Part shown: piece by piece, positions 17,265-26,120 of the stretch | Layout of the letters: each line of letters begins with the position of its first letter | Numbering within the stretch: position 1 is the stretch's first letter | DNA from: an uncultured virus (IMG/VR IMGVR_UViG_3300025751_000002) | Taxonomy: Duplodnaviria > Heunggongvirae > Uroviricota > Caudoviricetes | Virus record (IMG/VR): IMGVR_UViG_3300025751_000002 | Reading direction: 5' to 3' (one strand) | DNA: 64,000 nucleotides | Position numbers and translations under genes: made by a program | The notes under the pieces: model-generated | The model's input: only the letters and a program-made list of their open reading frames with translations | Told to the model about the DNA's origin: nothing | The model's database searches: none

Positions 17265-18086
17265 ATGATGAACTGCGCTTTTGTCTGTGCATCCCTCGCC
17301 GAAACACCACGTGAGGTATACACATCTGCAACTTCTTCTTCTTACTGTGCGGAAGTAATTCTTCCTAGGGTAAGTCAAAACAAATCTGAAACTCGAATCA
17401 AGTATCACGTCTATGGCAAAGCAGCAGAAAGATTCCTGCGACTCAAGCAGAACTCCCTCATCTATATCCATGGTGCCACCTTACGATTTGATGTTCAGAC
17501 CAAGACCCACTCCTTACATGCAGGTTCTCTTGCAGAAGTTACTGAATCATTCCCGATCTTCAATGATGTAATTCTTGCAGGACGTTGTATCAAAGATATT
17601 GACAAGGAAGATCCACGTGCTTTCAAGACAACTGCTGATGGCACAATGATTTGCTCGCAAACATTAAGTGTTTCCACTGGTAGAAACCAGTGTGATCTAT
17701 TTAATTTCTATGCAATCAATAATGCTAATGATCGTTTGAATCTTGCAGAACTTATCTGCAACATGACTAAGAAAGGAACAGAGATGACTCTTCGTGGTCG
17801 CCTTGTAACAGATGCATGGAATGATAAACAAACCAATGAGCGCCGTACAGCAACCAAGATTCAAATCAATAAGGTAAATATTGTACGGACTCGTGATGAG
17901 TCCAAAGATAAACCTGTGGTTTCACAAACAACTGTGGCTGCCGAAGGGAATGTAGCTAGCCTATGGGGAGGCAAAACGGTTGAGGATTCCCAGGATGCAT
18001 GGAACGAAGCATCTGGTGGTGGCTTGCCTGAACTTCCAGGTCAATACACCGCAGCTCCTGTTTTTGCATCGGACGAACCCTTCTGA
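17265..18086 (+). CDS. ssb: single-stranded DNA-binding protein, two tandem OB folds
   Basis: VYGKAAE...KQNSLIYIHG and KKGTEMTLRGRLVTDAWNDKQT; acidic DEPF C-terminal tip. Confidence 0.75.
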   Translation: MMNCAFVCASLAETPREVYTSATSSSYCAEVILPRVSQNKSETRIKYHVYGKAAERFLRLKQNSLIYIHGATLRFDVQTKTHSLHAGSLAEVTESFPIFNDVILAGRCIKDIDKEDPRAFKTTADGTMICSQTLSVSTGRNQCDLFNFYAINNANDRLNLAELICNMTKKGTEMTLRGRLVTDAWNDKQTNERRTATKIQINKVNIVRTRDESKDKPVVSQTTVAAEGNVASLWGGKTVEDSQDAWNEASGGGLPELPGQYTAAPVFASDEPF

Positions 18087-18107
18087 TCTCTTGGTACAAT
18101 AAGTACC

Positions 18108-18134
18108 CGTCCTGGGATGACGTTAAACTCATCC
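18108..18134 (+). ncRNA. family A pseudoknot leader, copy 5
   Basis: identical 27-mer to copy 3; TACAAT box ends 7 nt upstream. Confidence 0.6.
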
Positions 18135-18155
18135 ACTTTTCACTAAGAACAAACC

Positions 18156-19172
18156 ATGACTTCTTCTCCGACCAAAACCAAGAAAGATGCACTGGCTACT
18201 CGTAGCCTTGATTCGTTTAAACTTTTTGCAAGCAAAGAGTTTATTTCTGGTTACCAGAACTTGGTAACAATTCAACCACTGAATAAATCAAAAGTACGTG
18301 GTTGGTTTGTACGTAAATCAGACCTTGATGTCTGTGGATGGACAGCAACGGAAGATGACTTTACCCCAGGTTCTGTCATCTGGAATTACAAGCAAACCTT
18401 TGGTATGGCTCCCAATACTTCTATTGAAGAGGGATTGAATTTTACTGAGCCTCGCATTCAAGTATTGTTGCGTTCACCTTTGATGGTGGAAGAAACTACT
18501 GGTATGCGCCAAGTAATTGGTACGTTTGAAGATGAAGAAGTAAAAGCAATCTTTGATAATGATAAGGTTGCTTCTGATCTTGCCAATAGCAAAGGCGAGA
18601 TGTACAAGCGTAAGTACAGTGTACGTACAAAGTATTTGATCTTTATCCTGACCAAGGATAATAAGCGTGCTCACAAAAATCCTATTGTGCTTACACTTAA
18701 AGGATTGAATGGTACTGATGTATCAGATAAAGTAAAGCTTTATGAGAAAGAGATGTCTAAGTGCTTAAGCAAAGCACTGGACTCTGAGATCCCACTTGCA
18801 TTCAACGAAAAGTTCTATGCAACCACAGTGTTTACACCTGTGCTTGCAAATGAAATGCGTGGTGCAAATAACGTTGAGATCTGTGCAATTGAATCCTTTT
18901 CGATTCCAGATTACTCAACGCAAGAAGCTGCAATTGAATCGTTGAATAACCTTTCAATTCCAGACGAGGATCGTGCATCTACTTGGAAGTTCCAAGAGTT
19001 GTTTGATGATTACATCAATCAACATGCAAAGCAAGATGCCAAGAAACTCAATGGTTCTTATGGCATCAAAGAAGGATTGAACATTCTTCCTGTCTCACGT
19101 AGCAACGACGCAGTTGATGTGAAGGTGCTTCCAGCACGTGATGAAATGACAGGGGAAGATTCATTCCTCTGA
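18156..19172 (+). CDS. conserved cyanobacterial/cyanophage protein (DUF5895-like)
   Basis: 338 aa in the replication cluster; family assignment from memory only. Confidence 0.45.
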   Translation: MTSSPTKTKKDALATRSLDSFKLFASKEFISGYQNLVTIQPLNKSKVRGWFVRKSDLDVCGWTATEDDFTPGSVIWNYKQTFGMAPNTSIEEGLNFTEPRIQVLLRSPLMVEETTGMRQVIGTFEDEEVKAIFDNDKVASDLANSKGEMYKRKYSVRTKYLIFILTKDNKRAHKNPIVLTLKGLNGTDVSDKVKLYEKEMSKCLSKALDSEIPLAFNEKFYATTVFTPVLANEMRGANNVEICAIESFSIPDYSTQEAAIESLNNLSIPDEDRASTWKFQELFDDYINQHAKQDAKKLNGSYGIKEGLNILPVSRSNDAVDVKVLPARDEMTGEDSFL

Positions 19173-19430
19173 TTTAGTTTTAACTTCTGGGTTAGCCAAG
19201 TCATCTCCATCAATAGAAATATTGTTGAAGATAAACATGTCTTGTACTAACCCACGAATTACACCTTGACGTTGAGTGGCGATCTGCGCAAGCAAGGTCG
19301 CCATTTCTTTTAAGGCACCAACTGAATTACAATCTTCAATGGAACGTTTAATCTTTTCAAGCCAAAACTTATCATCAAGCGTTGGTTCAATTTGGAATTT
19401 GGTTAGAGGCACGTACTTTATCTCTTCCAT
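19161..19430 (-). CDS. divergent NblA-like helical hairpin protein
   Basis: PTLDDKFWLEKIKRSI...LKEMATLLAQIATQRQGVIRGLV follows the NblA L.L...F spacing. Confidence 0.45.
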   Translation of the reverse strand: MEEIKYVPLTKFQIEPTLDDKFWLEKIKRSIEDCNSVGALKEMATLLAQIATQRQGVIRGLVQDMFIFNNISIDGDDLANPEVKTKSEE

Positions 19431-19512
19431 AAAGTATTAAGTTGTTACAAAACATTCTAACCAATGCATTAAACTCACACTAAATCTTTTGTTTCTGTTA
19501 AGGATTACTCAC

Positions 19513-19704
19513 ATGAAACCCGAACAAAAAGCTGCTGTCAAGGTTGGTGGTACCACAGCTCTGGTTACTGCTGGCCTTGCTCTTCTGTTGCCTTCTCCTG
19601 CCGCTTGGGCTGCAGTGATCTACGGATCGTATAGAATGGCAAAAGGCGCCTACCAACGCGCTAAGGAAGACCGGCTCCAGCAGGACTACTGGCTGGACAA
19701 CTGA
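19513..19704 (+). CDS. small membrane protein
   Basis: hydrophobic central segment. Confidence 0.55.
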   Translation: MKPEQKAAVKVGGTTALVTAGLALLLPSPAAWAAVIYGSYRMAKGAYQRAKEDRLQQDYWLDN

Positions 19705-19734
19705 TCCAACTTCAACCCAACCCAAGTCCAACTC

Positions 19735-20679
19735 ATGTCAAACCAACAGGTAACCGAGCTTGATGCTGCGCAAAAATTTATTTACACACGTACCAACATA
19801 CGTCGTGCCTTCAATGATTTTGATGACACTGACATTGCTGACATCTATCTTCAAGGCGAAGATTGTCTGATCTTACGTCGTGATGGTAGCCAGCAAACAT
19901 ACAACAGAGAACCCATCAAGGTTGCATATACCAGCTATACTCATCGCTTAAAAGATTTCTTTTCTTACCTTGGTCCTAACTATCGCGGTCCTAGTGTATG
20001 GCATAACAATGCTTATGTTCTTTTTAAAGGATGGTACTACTCCCATGCGTTAGGTCACCTTACACCTAATGCAAGATTGCAAGCTGCATGGGCGGATCGT
20101 TTCATTCATCTGAACGATGTACAAAAAGTAACTGCTCTATTGCAATCAGATCAAGCAGACCTTGGTCATCTCATTGCACCAGATGGTTTGCGTGCACAAG
20201 ATATGCCCATTGATTTCAACAGCAGCTTAGATACTGTTGAAGAAGTCAAGCCAATCTTTGGTGAGCCATGGTGTTCTTGTGGTTCGTATCAACAACAACT
20301 TAATAACATCTCTTCTTTTTCCCAGGAGATTGAAGGCTTCAAGCCATGGTGCATCCATCTGTCCTGGTTCAATAAGTACCGCGAGATGCTATCCAAACGT
20401 ACGGAAGCACGTAACCAAGCACCGAACGGCACACCAAGTAAGTGTGTTGCATGGTGGTACCAGCCGCCTTCTGACCATCTATCTGATGGTTTATTCAAGG
20501 TGCTCTACACAACATATGGTGCTCAAGCACCTGTCAGCCACTGGCGTAACTACAAACCAGATGAGCATTTCACACAAAACCATGCATGGGATTTGTTCTT
20601 CAATATGATGGAGGCGGGATACGTACCATTCCCTGGTCGCTCACTTCCACAACTTCAATCTGTTGTTAAAAAGCAATGA
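19735..20679 (+). CDS. SWIM zinc-finger protein
   Basis: WCSCGSY...WCIHL (CxC...CxH). Confidence 0.65.
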   Translation: MSNQQVTELDAAQKFIYTRTNIRRAFNDFDDTDIADIYLQGEDCLILRRDGSQQTYNREPIKVAYTSYTHRLKDFFSYLGPNYRGPSVWHNNAYVLFKGWYYSHALGHLTPNARLQAAWADRFIHLNDVQKVTALLQSDQADLGHLIAPDGLRAQDMPIDFNSSLDTVEEVKPIFGEPWCSCGSYQQQLNNISSFSQEIEGFKPWCIHLSWFNKYREMLSKRTEARNQAPNGTPSKCVAWWYQPPSDHLSDGLFKVLYTTYGAQAPVSHWRNYKPDEHFTQNHAWDLFFNMMEAGYVPFPGRSLPQLQSVVKKQ

Positions 20680-20942
20680 CAACCAAACCAATGGAACTTT
20701 CTGAACTCAATCTCCTGCTTGCCAGCAATAAACTCATTGCTGAGATCACCGACAAAGAAGATGGTGATGGCATTGAAATTAAATTGAACTGGGATGACAA
20801 TGATCCAGATCTAAAGCGTTGGGACAAGATGTCAAAGAAAAAGAAGTGTGAGTTGTTTGAAGCACTTCTTTACAAAATAGTTGAACCAAGGGTTGACGAG
20901 CCTGGTAAGCTAGCACTGTCCGCCAAGGACATCAAGCTCTGA
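20676..20942 (+). CDS. hypothetical protein
   Basis: 88 aa, ATGA-coupled. Confidence 0.6.
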   Translation: MTTKPMELSELNLLLASNKLIAEITDKEDGDGIEIKLNWDDNDPDLKRWDKMSKKKKCELFEALLYKIVEPRVDEPGKLALSAKDIKL

Positions 20943-20947
20943 CGAGA

Positions 20948-20975
20948 CGTCCTAAGCATGACGATAAACTGCTTA
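20948..20975 (+). ncRNA. family A pseudoknot leader, copy 6
   Basis: CGTC-c-TAAGCA-t-GACG-ATAAAC-TGCTTA. Confidence 0.65.
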
Positions 20976-20995
20976 TCCAAAACAACTTTAATTTC

Positions 20996-21109
20996 ATGTT
21001 TGAATCATTCATTTCTTTTTGTGTTCCAGTAATTAAAGATTTGCTTTGGGCAGCAGCAGGCATGCTGCTGACCTATGCACTCAACAAATTCCAAACTCAA
21101 TTCAACTAG
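20996..21109 (+). CDS. 37-aa hydrophobic peptide (below track cutoff)
   Basis: MFESFISFCVPVIKDLLWAAAGMLLTYALNKFQTQFN*, at the standard distance from the pseudoknot. Confidence 0.55.
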   Translation: MFESFISFCVPVIKDLLWAAAGMLLTYALNKFQTQFN

Positions 21110-21111
21110 TC

Positions 21112-21831
21112 ATGACACAAATTACTCAAGCTAAACTAAAAGAGCTTAACGTCATTAAACTCTACGAGCACTATGGTGCCCTGGAACGCTCTCTTCCTTT
21201 ACTCACTCCTGAGTCCCAGGAAATGGCTAAAGCGGAGTTGGAAGCTTGCGCCAACCTTCGCTCAGAAAAGATTGATCGCATCTATTACGCAATGGCTTCC
21301 CATGAAGATGCTATTGAACGGATCAAAAAAGAAGCAACGCTTGTCACAGAAGCCAAACGTCACCACGAATCCCAGCTGCGGTCCCTCAAGGGCTTGTTAA
21401 ATTATCTACGTCGTGTCCTACCAAAGGACTCGAATAAGATCACTGGTCGTAATTACGAGTTTACTCTTGCAAGAAAAAAAGAACTTAGTGTCGAAATCAC
21501 CTCGGATCCACAGTTTTGGCACACTGAAGAAAGAGCAACTTATTGCATTGAACAAGAAGTCACCACAACAAAAAGAACTGTGTTACGTTCAATGTCAGGA
21601 GAAGTTCTTTCCGAAAGAACAGAACCTAAAACCACAACAACAGTCGTACCAAACCTTGACGCAATACGCAGTGCCTACAAAGATGGTAAACAACTTCCGC
21701 TCGGAGTCAAAGTCACCCAAGAATACAGTGTCCGTTCAAAACGAATCTTCTCAGAAGCAAACGTGGACTTGGTTCCATCCGAATATCCAAGAGAGCTTCT
21801 ACGAGAAGATTCCAGCACCGAAGGATGCTGA
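21112..21831 (+). CDS. siphovirus Gp157-like coiled-coil protein
   Basis: EKIDRIYY...IERIKKE...LKGLL..L and PNLDAIRSAYKDGKQLPLGVKV. Confidence 0.6.
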   Translation: MTQITQAKLKELNVIKLYEHYGALERSLPLLTPESQEMAKAELEACANLRSEKIDRIYYAMASHEDAIERIKKEATLVTEAKRHHESQLRSLKGLLNYLRRVLPKDSNKITGRNYEFTLARKKELSVEITSDPQFWHTEERATYCIEQEVTTTKRTVLRSMSGEVLSERTEPKTTTTVVPNLDAIRSAYKDGKQLPLGVKVTQEYSVRSKRIFSEANVDLVPSEYPRELLREDSSTEGC

Positions 21832-21847
21832 TGATGCACGCTTCTTG

Positions 21848-22084
21848 ATGAATGCACATAATCAAGCAATTACTGATTTTAATCTCCAGCTAGAGATCAA
21901 TGATCTAACAATGGAGATGGTAAAAGCAAATAACCCTCTTATCGTTGGCCGCGATAAAGGTAAGGATATGGATTATGATGCATTGGAATACAAGAAGTTT
22001 AAATTACTTACTAGTAAGCGGTACCACCAGAACTCTGCTCATGCATACTGGTACTGGCTGGAACGTGAACGTTTGGATAAATAA
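21848..22084 (+). CDS. hypothetical protein (start uncertain)
   Basis: 3' part of ORF 21413-22084. Confidence 0.5.
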   Translation: MNAHNQAITDFNLQLEINDLTMEMVKANNPLIVGRDKGKDMDYDALEYKKFKLLTSKRYHQNSAHAYWYWLERERLDK

Positions 22085-22118
22085 AGTCGCATACAATAGA
22101 TAAAGCAGCAGGAGTTCC

Positions 22119-22382
22119 ATGGGCGGTGATTCAGTACTAAATAAATTAATTGCTGGATTTACCAGTGATGGAACTCCTCTTTCTGCAACAATTGGTTCAA
22201 AGATTGAGCATGGTGTTGTCATCTTGACAGCAGCCATGCTTTCTAATGAAAACCTTGCGGCATCAATGGATGCAGAGGAAATGGTTGATGCTGCCATTAA
22301 TTACTACAACTTAATTCAAGAACGTCTTGGTTACTACCAAGCTCATCAAACAAATTCCCTGGAGCGTTTGCTAGAAAAATAA
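22119..22382 (+). CDS. hypothetical protein
   Basis: 87 aa with AGGAG SD. Confidence 0.65.
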   Translation: MGGDSVLNKLIAGFTSDGTPLSATIGSKIEHGVVILTAAMLSNENLAASMDAEEMVDAAINYYNLIQERLGYYQAHQTNSLERLLEK

Positions 22383-22416
22383 ATCCTGTTAAAGTAAACA
22401 GGTCTATTACTAGCAG

Positions 22417-22611
22417 ATGGAAACTGTTCCGGTACCAAAACTCACCATATCATTTGCAGTTGATGTTGAAGTTGCTTACAACTCCTTCAATGGTAAAACT
22501 GCAGATGAATTATCTGAATCATTACAAGATGAACTTCATGACCTGTTGTTTGAACTAGATCAGGTCACTGGCGTTTATACTAGCTGCACATCCATTTCTT
22601 CTGATGACTGA
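22417..22611 (+). CDS. hypothetical protein
   Basis: 64-aa ATG ORF. Confidence 0.55.
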   Translation: METVPVPKLTISFAVDVEVAYNSFNGKTADELSESLQDELHDLLFELDQVTGVYTSCTSISSDD

Positions 22612-22906
22612 CGATCTTGCAACAAAGCTCCGGACTGCCGGTGCTTTTGATTCTCCATGGTTAAAAAACCAACTTGAAACATGGGATGTAAGCTCTGAGC
22701 AAAAGAAAGCTGATTTCATGGAGCACATGTACCAGTGCAGTGGCCGTAAGGATGCACCCCCTGGTGTCAAAGGAACATACACTGGTTTGTGGTTTGACTT
22801 CTGCGTCAACGAAGCAGGTCCTGCTATGCGCCAACGTTATTTTGAAATGCTTGAAGCAATTCGCCTCTATGAAGCAGGGCAATTAAAAATGGAATCCGTT
22901 TCTTAA
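22604..22906 (+). CDS. hypothetical cyanophage protein
   Basis: FMEHMYQCSGR...YTGLW motif. Confidence 0.6.
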   Translation: MTDDLATKLRTAGAFDSPWLKNQLETWDVSSEQKKADFMEHMYQCSGRKDAPPGVKGTYTGLWFDFCVNEAGPAMRQRYFEMLEAIRLYEAGQLKMESVS

Positions 22907-22976
22907 TTTTCTTGTAATTTTAATTGTACAAAGACGTATCACACTAGTGATGCGTCTATTTATTTTAAAGAAAAAA

Positions 22977-23315
22977 ATGGATTCTCAACAAAGTATTGAC
23001 CAATGGAAAAAGTGGTACAAACACAACAAGTTGGTTGCTGAATTAGACCAGCCTCTTGTTACTAAATCTTCCAGGGAAAAAATGCACAACACAACAGATG
23101 CTGTCCAAAGCTTAAATCAAAAGACACATTTTGATAAAGCAAAGGAATATTTCCTTGATACAATCTCTCAGTACAGCGAAGAACTATCTGGTCAACAGAT
23201 CTTTAAAGCTTTCTATGCTGCTGCCCAGGAAAACCTTGATTACTTTGATAAGGAATATAAAAAAGCAAAGCAAATTGTTGATTGCATCCAGGCATTGAAC
23301 AATGACAAGAACTAA
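22977..23315 (+). CDS. hypothetical protein
   Basis: ATG 22977 in ORF 22947-23315. Confidence 0.6.
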   Translation: MDSQQSIDQWKKWYKHNKLVAELDQPLVTKSSREKMHNTTDAVQSLNQKTHFDKAKEYFLDTISQYSEELSGQQIFKAFYAAAQENLDYFDKEYKKAKQIVDCIQALNNDKN

Positions 23316-23526
23316 AGATCCTACTTATCCACAATGGATATGTGATGCATGCGGTCAAAACTTTGGTACCTGGTACACAAAAGGTACTTACGTTGGTCCA
23401 CCACATCACTACGCTACCTACCACGAAGGATCGTGTGATTTATGTAAACAAGAAAAAGTCCCTGTTACTGAGCCCAGGGACTACGGTCATCTCCATGCCA
23501 AGTGGAAAGAGAAATATTATTCCTAA
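23302..23526 (+). CDS. small Zn-finger-like protein
   Basis: WICDACG...CDLC..VTEPRDYG. Confidence 0.6.
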   Translation: MTRTKDPTYPQWICDACGQNFGTWYTKGTYVGPPHHYATYHEGSCDLCKQEKVPVTEPRDYGHLHAKWKEKYYS

Positions 23527-23529
23527 TCA

Positions 23530-23889
23530 TTAATCTTTGGTAGGCAAATCAAAAGGTTCATTGGATTTGTTCCAGAACTTTTGATTTGCCTCCAGCAATG
23601 CTTCTGTTACTTCTTGCTTAAAAGAACCACGGGGGACAAAGATATCATCCATATCAACTTTGTATTCAGGATGCTTTTGTTCAAATTCAACTTCTGTAGC
23701 ATACAACAGGGATTGCACAATATCGTTGATCACTTCAAGTGTTTTTCCTTGGATATTTTCCCAGGTGTATCCAGGGAACAGATCATCTTTCACACGATCA
23801 AGCAACGCTTTCTTGCAATGCCATCGTGCATCAAACATGCTGGTGAATGATTCCCAATCTTCTTGAGTTTTAAAATTAGGAATACTCAT
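23530..23889 (-). CDS. hypothetical protein
   Basis: ATG 23889 in ORF 23530-23949. Confidence 0.6.
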   Translation of the reverse strand: MSIPNFKTQEDWESFTSMFDARWHCKKALLDRVKDDLFPGYTWENIQGKTLEVINDIVQSLLYATEVEFEQKHPEYKVDMDDIFVPRGSFKQEVTEALLEANQKFWNKSNEPFDLPTKD

Positions 23890-24018
23890 CTTACCCAAGA
23901 AACAAAAAATTAATTTGGTGTCCGGTAGCTGGTCCTCACGCGGTGCCAACCTTGCCGCAGCCGGACGCTACGGACGCTTGCGATCTCTCGAAAAAGATTG
24001 CTCGCGCATACTAGCGGA

Positions 24019-25272
24019 TTATGTGGCGGTGATGGCTTGAAGAGTTGCGTCAGGGAGGCGTTCCGGGAAGTAGGTTAGGCGGGAGATGGTGCCGTTCAAG
24101 TAGTCTAAATTAGATCTAGATCCAAGTTCAAGCTCTGAGCAATTTGGTAAATTCGCAGTGCCAGCAGTTGCAACGATAGTCCCGCTATTCGCAACACTTG
24201 TAGAGCTGCCACTAAAGGCAAAAGCTTCTTTAAGAGCAGAAGAATAAAAAAGATAAAACTGTTGTGTGGCATTGAAGCAATACGCTTGCCCATCTCTTAA
24301 CTGTATCCTATTGCCTGTACCAGTTTCGATTGCTTGGATTCTTGCAGGTAAACCGAGTCCTTGGCTGCCTAGGTTGGTGAAAAATGTGCCCTCACTCTGG
24401 TTATACCAACTACTAAAATTACTTCCACTAATAGTCGCCATATCCGCCGACCGTGTTAATGCGGTGCCGGTGGTTGGGATGTAGGAGGTTGGGAAGGCTC
24501 CTGTTTCTAGTTGGGCGCCCCATAGAAGAACGCCTGATGTATTGTCTCCAGTATATTGATCTGAACCATTTTCATCAACTAATCTAATTAAAGCTAACGC
24601 AGAAGAAGTTGCAACTGGCGTAAAAGTTAAAACACATCTCCACCAGCCATTTGGAAGCTCTTCAGTTAAAGCAGTAGCAAACAGTTCTCCACTTGTTGCT
24701 CCTGTTAAAAGATCAAAAAAAGCAGTTCTTGAGGAAGCTCCATCAAAAAGCACCATCCTAATTTGAGTGCGCCCAGAAGCTTTTGCAAATACGCTAAAAG
24801 AGTGAGGAGTGTTTGAGACTGCAACAGTTTTAAATGTTTGATGGGTTCCAGTTGTAAGATTTTCAGTAATTTTGTCTGCAGTCAAAGTACCATCTGGCGC
24901 ATTCAAAACATTTAAAGATGGAACGGCGCCTGTAAAACCCCAATTTGCAAGGCTAAACTCTTGACTATAAGGGAACAGGTTTGTTCTACTCTCCTCAATC
25001 AACAACCCAAGGCTCTCACCAGTGGTTGGGTTGTGGTCGAAGCGTGGTGTGTCAGCACTTGATAGTTGAATAATTCCGTTCTCATCTACATAGGTACCAG
25101 GACTTTGGTTAGTACCTACAGGACGGCTGAACGTAATCAAGTTCTGACCCGTCATATAATCATTTAAATTCTTCTGTGATGCAAAGCGCAGGTCCAGGCT
25201 CGGTACCACGCCCTTAGCATCTGAATACAGCTTGTTGTCGCCTTTGGCGGTGTTGGTTGTTTTCCAAGTCAT
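24019..25272 (-). CDS. tail fibre / carbohydrate-binding-module virion protein
   Basis: PRFDHNPTTGESLGLLIEESRTN, WGAQLE.GAFPTSYIPT and TRSAD motifs. Confidence 0.7.
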   Translation of the reverse strand: MTWKTTNTAKGDNKLYSDAKGVVPSLDLRFASQKNLNDYMTGQNLITFSRPVGTNQSPGTYVDENGIIQLSSADTPRFDHNPTTGESLGLLIEESRTNLFPYSQEFSLANWGFTGAVPSLNVLNAPDGTLTADKITENLTTGTHQTFKTVAVSNTPHSFSVFAKASGRTQIRMVLFDGASSRTAFFDLLTGATSGELFATALTEELPNGWWRCVLTFTPVATSSALALIRLVDENGSDQYTGDNTSGVLLWGAQLETGAFPTSYIPTTGTALTRSADMATISGSNFSSWYNQSEGTFFTNLGSQGLGLPARIQAIETGTGNRIQLRDGQAYCFNATQQFYLFYSSALKEAFAFSGSSTSVANSGTIVATAGTANLPNCSELELGSRSNLDYLNGTISRLTYFPERLPDATLQAITAT

Positions 25273-26120
25273 TAGATTGCAGCTCCAATGGCTGTGATAA
25301 GTGTAGATACACGAGCATCGAGAAGCTCTAGCCCGGAGCTAACCAGATCGTTGGGTAGGGTTTCACCAATTGAATAAAAAGCAATCCGGTCAGATGAAAC
25401 ATTCGAGGGGCCGGGCCTAGCAAAAATTAGGATGTTATTGCTTGTTGGGGTCTGGGATGTGTAGATAACATCAGAGCTAGTTTGATTGTGTCTAAAAACA
25501 AAAAGATTTGAAACGCTCCTGTCAACTGCAACAAAGGAGTTATCCGCAGTCAAACCGTTAACAATTCCACCAGATCCACCGCAGTTTGCCCTAGGTATTA
25601 CCCTAGGAGTAGCTGGCGCAATGAGGACTGATGTACCACCAGAAGTACCTAAACTATCTGAGCCAAATACCATGCGACTATTAACTGGGTCCGCTTCTGT
25701 GATATAAACTGAGACGTGTTTGCTGTTTTGCGGATCAGCGTTGTTGGCCCGATTGGTGTCTAAATACTTTGTGCTCCCATTGCCAAGCAGGCCAGTTCTT
25801 CTGTTGTAATCTGATGCAGTAAACGGGCCATTATTAGTAGGAGCACTGCCTTTCAACGGCACCAGTGCACCACTCAGAGTTCTAGCACCTGCAAGGATAC
25901 AAGATGCTTTAATAGCATCCCAGATGCCATCAGCTTTGCAGCCCAAAATAAAATCTGAGTACGCAACCTTTACTTCTTCTTCAAGACCTTGATTATCTGC
26001 TGTTTCAACCGCAGCAATGTATGCAGCAACATCAGGGTCAGCAGGACCGTGGATATAGTCCTTTGCAAGAACCACTTTGCCGGGGAGGCCGGCAAAGTCA
26101 CCTTTCCAAACAAGGCTCAT
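25272..26120 (-). CDS. tail-associated lectin-like protein
   Basis: YIAAVETAD...CILAGARTLSGALVPL...GNGSTKYLDTN. Confidence 0.6.
   Translation of the reverse strand: MSLVWKGDFAGLPGKVVLAKDYIHGPADPDVAAYIAAVETADNQGLEEEVKVAYSDFILGCKADGIWDAIKASCILAGARTLSGALVPLKGSAPTNNGPFTASDYNRRTGLLGNGSTKYLDTNRANNADPQNSKHVSVYITEADPVNSRMVFGSDSLGTSGGTSVLIAPATPRVIPRANCGGSGGIVNGLTADNSFVAVDRSVSNLFVFRHNQTSSDVIYTSQTPTSNNILIFARPGPSNVSSDRIAFYSIGETLPNDLVSSGLELLDARVSTLITAIGAAI

Noticed and set aside
21413..22084. Programmed -1 frameshift at A AAA AAA fusing the Gp157-like gene to the overlapping ORF
   Set aside because: The overlapping ORF is in the +1 frame relative to the Gp157-like gene, so a -1 slip would not reach it; an internal start explains it more simply.
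23916..23970. HDV-like/theta ribozyme (TCCTCAC resembles loop L3)
   Set aside because: I could not build the nested double-pseudoknot order P1-P2-P3-P1.1-P4.
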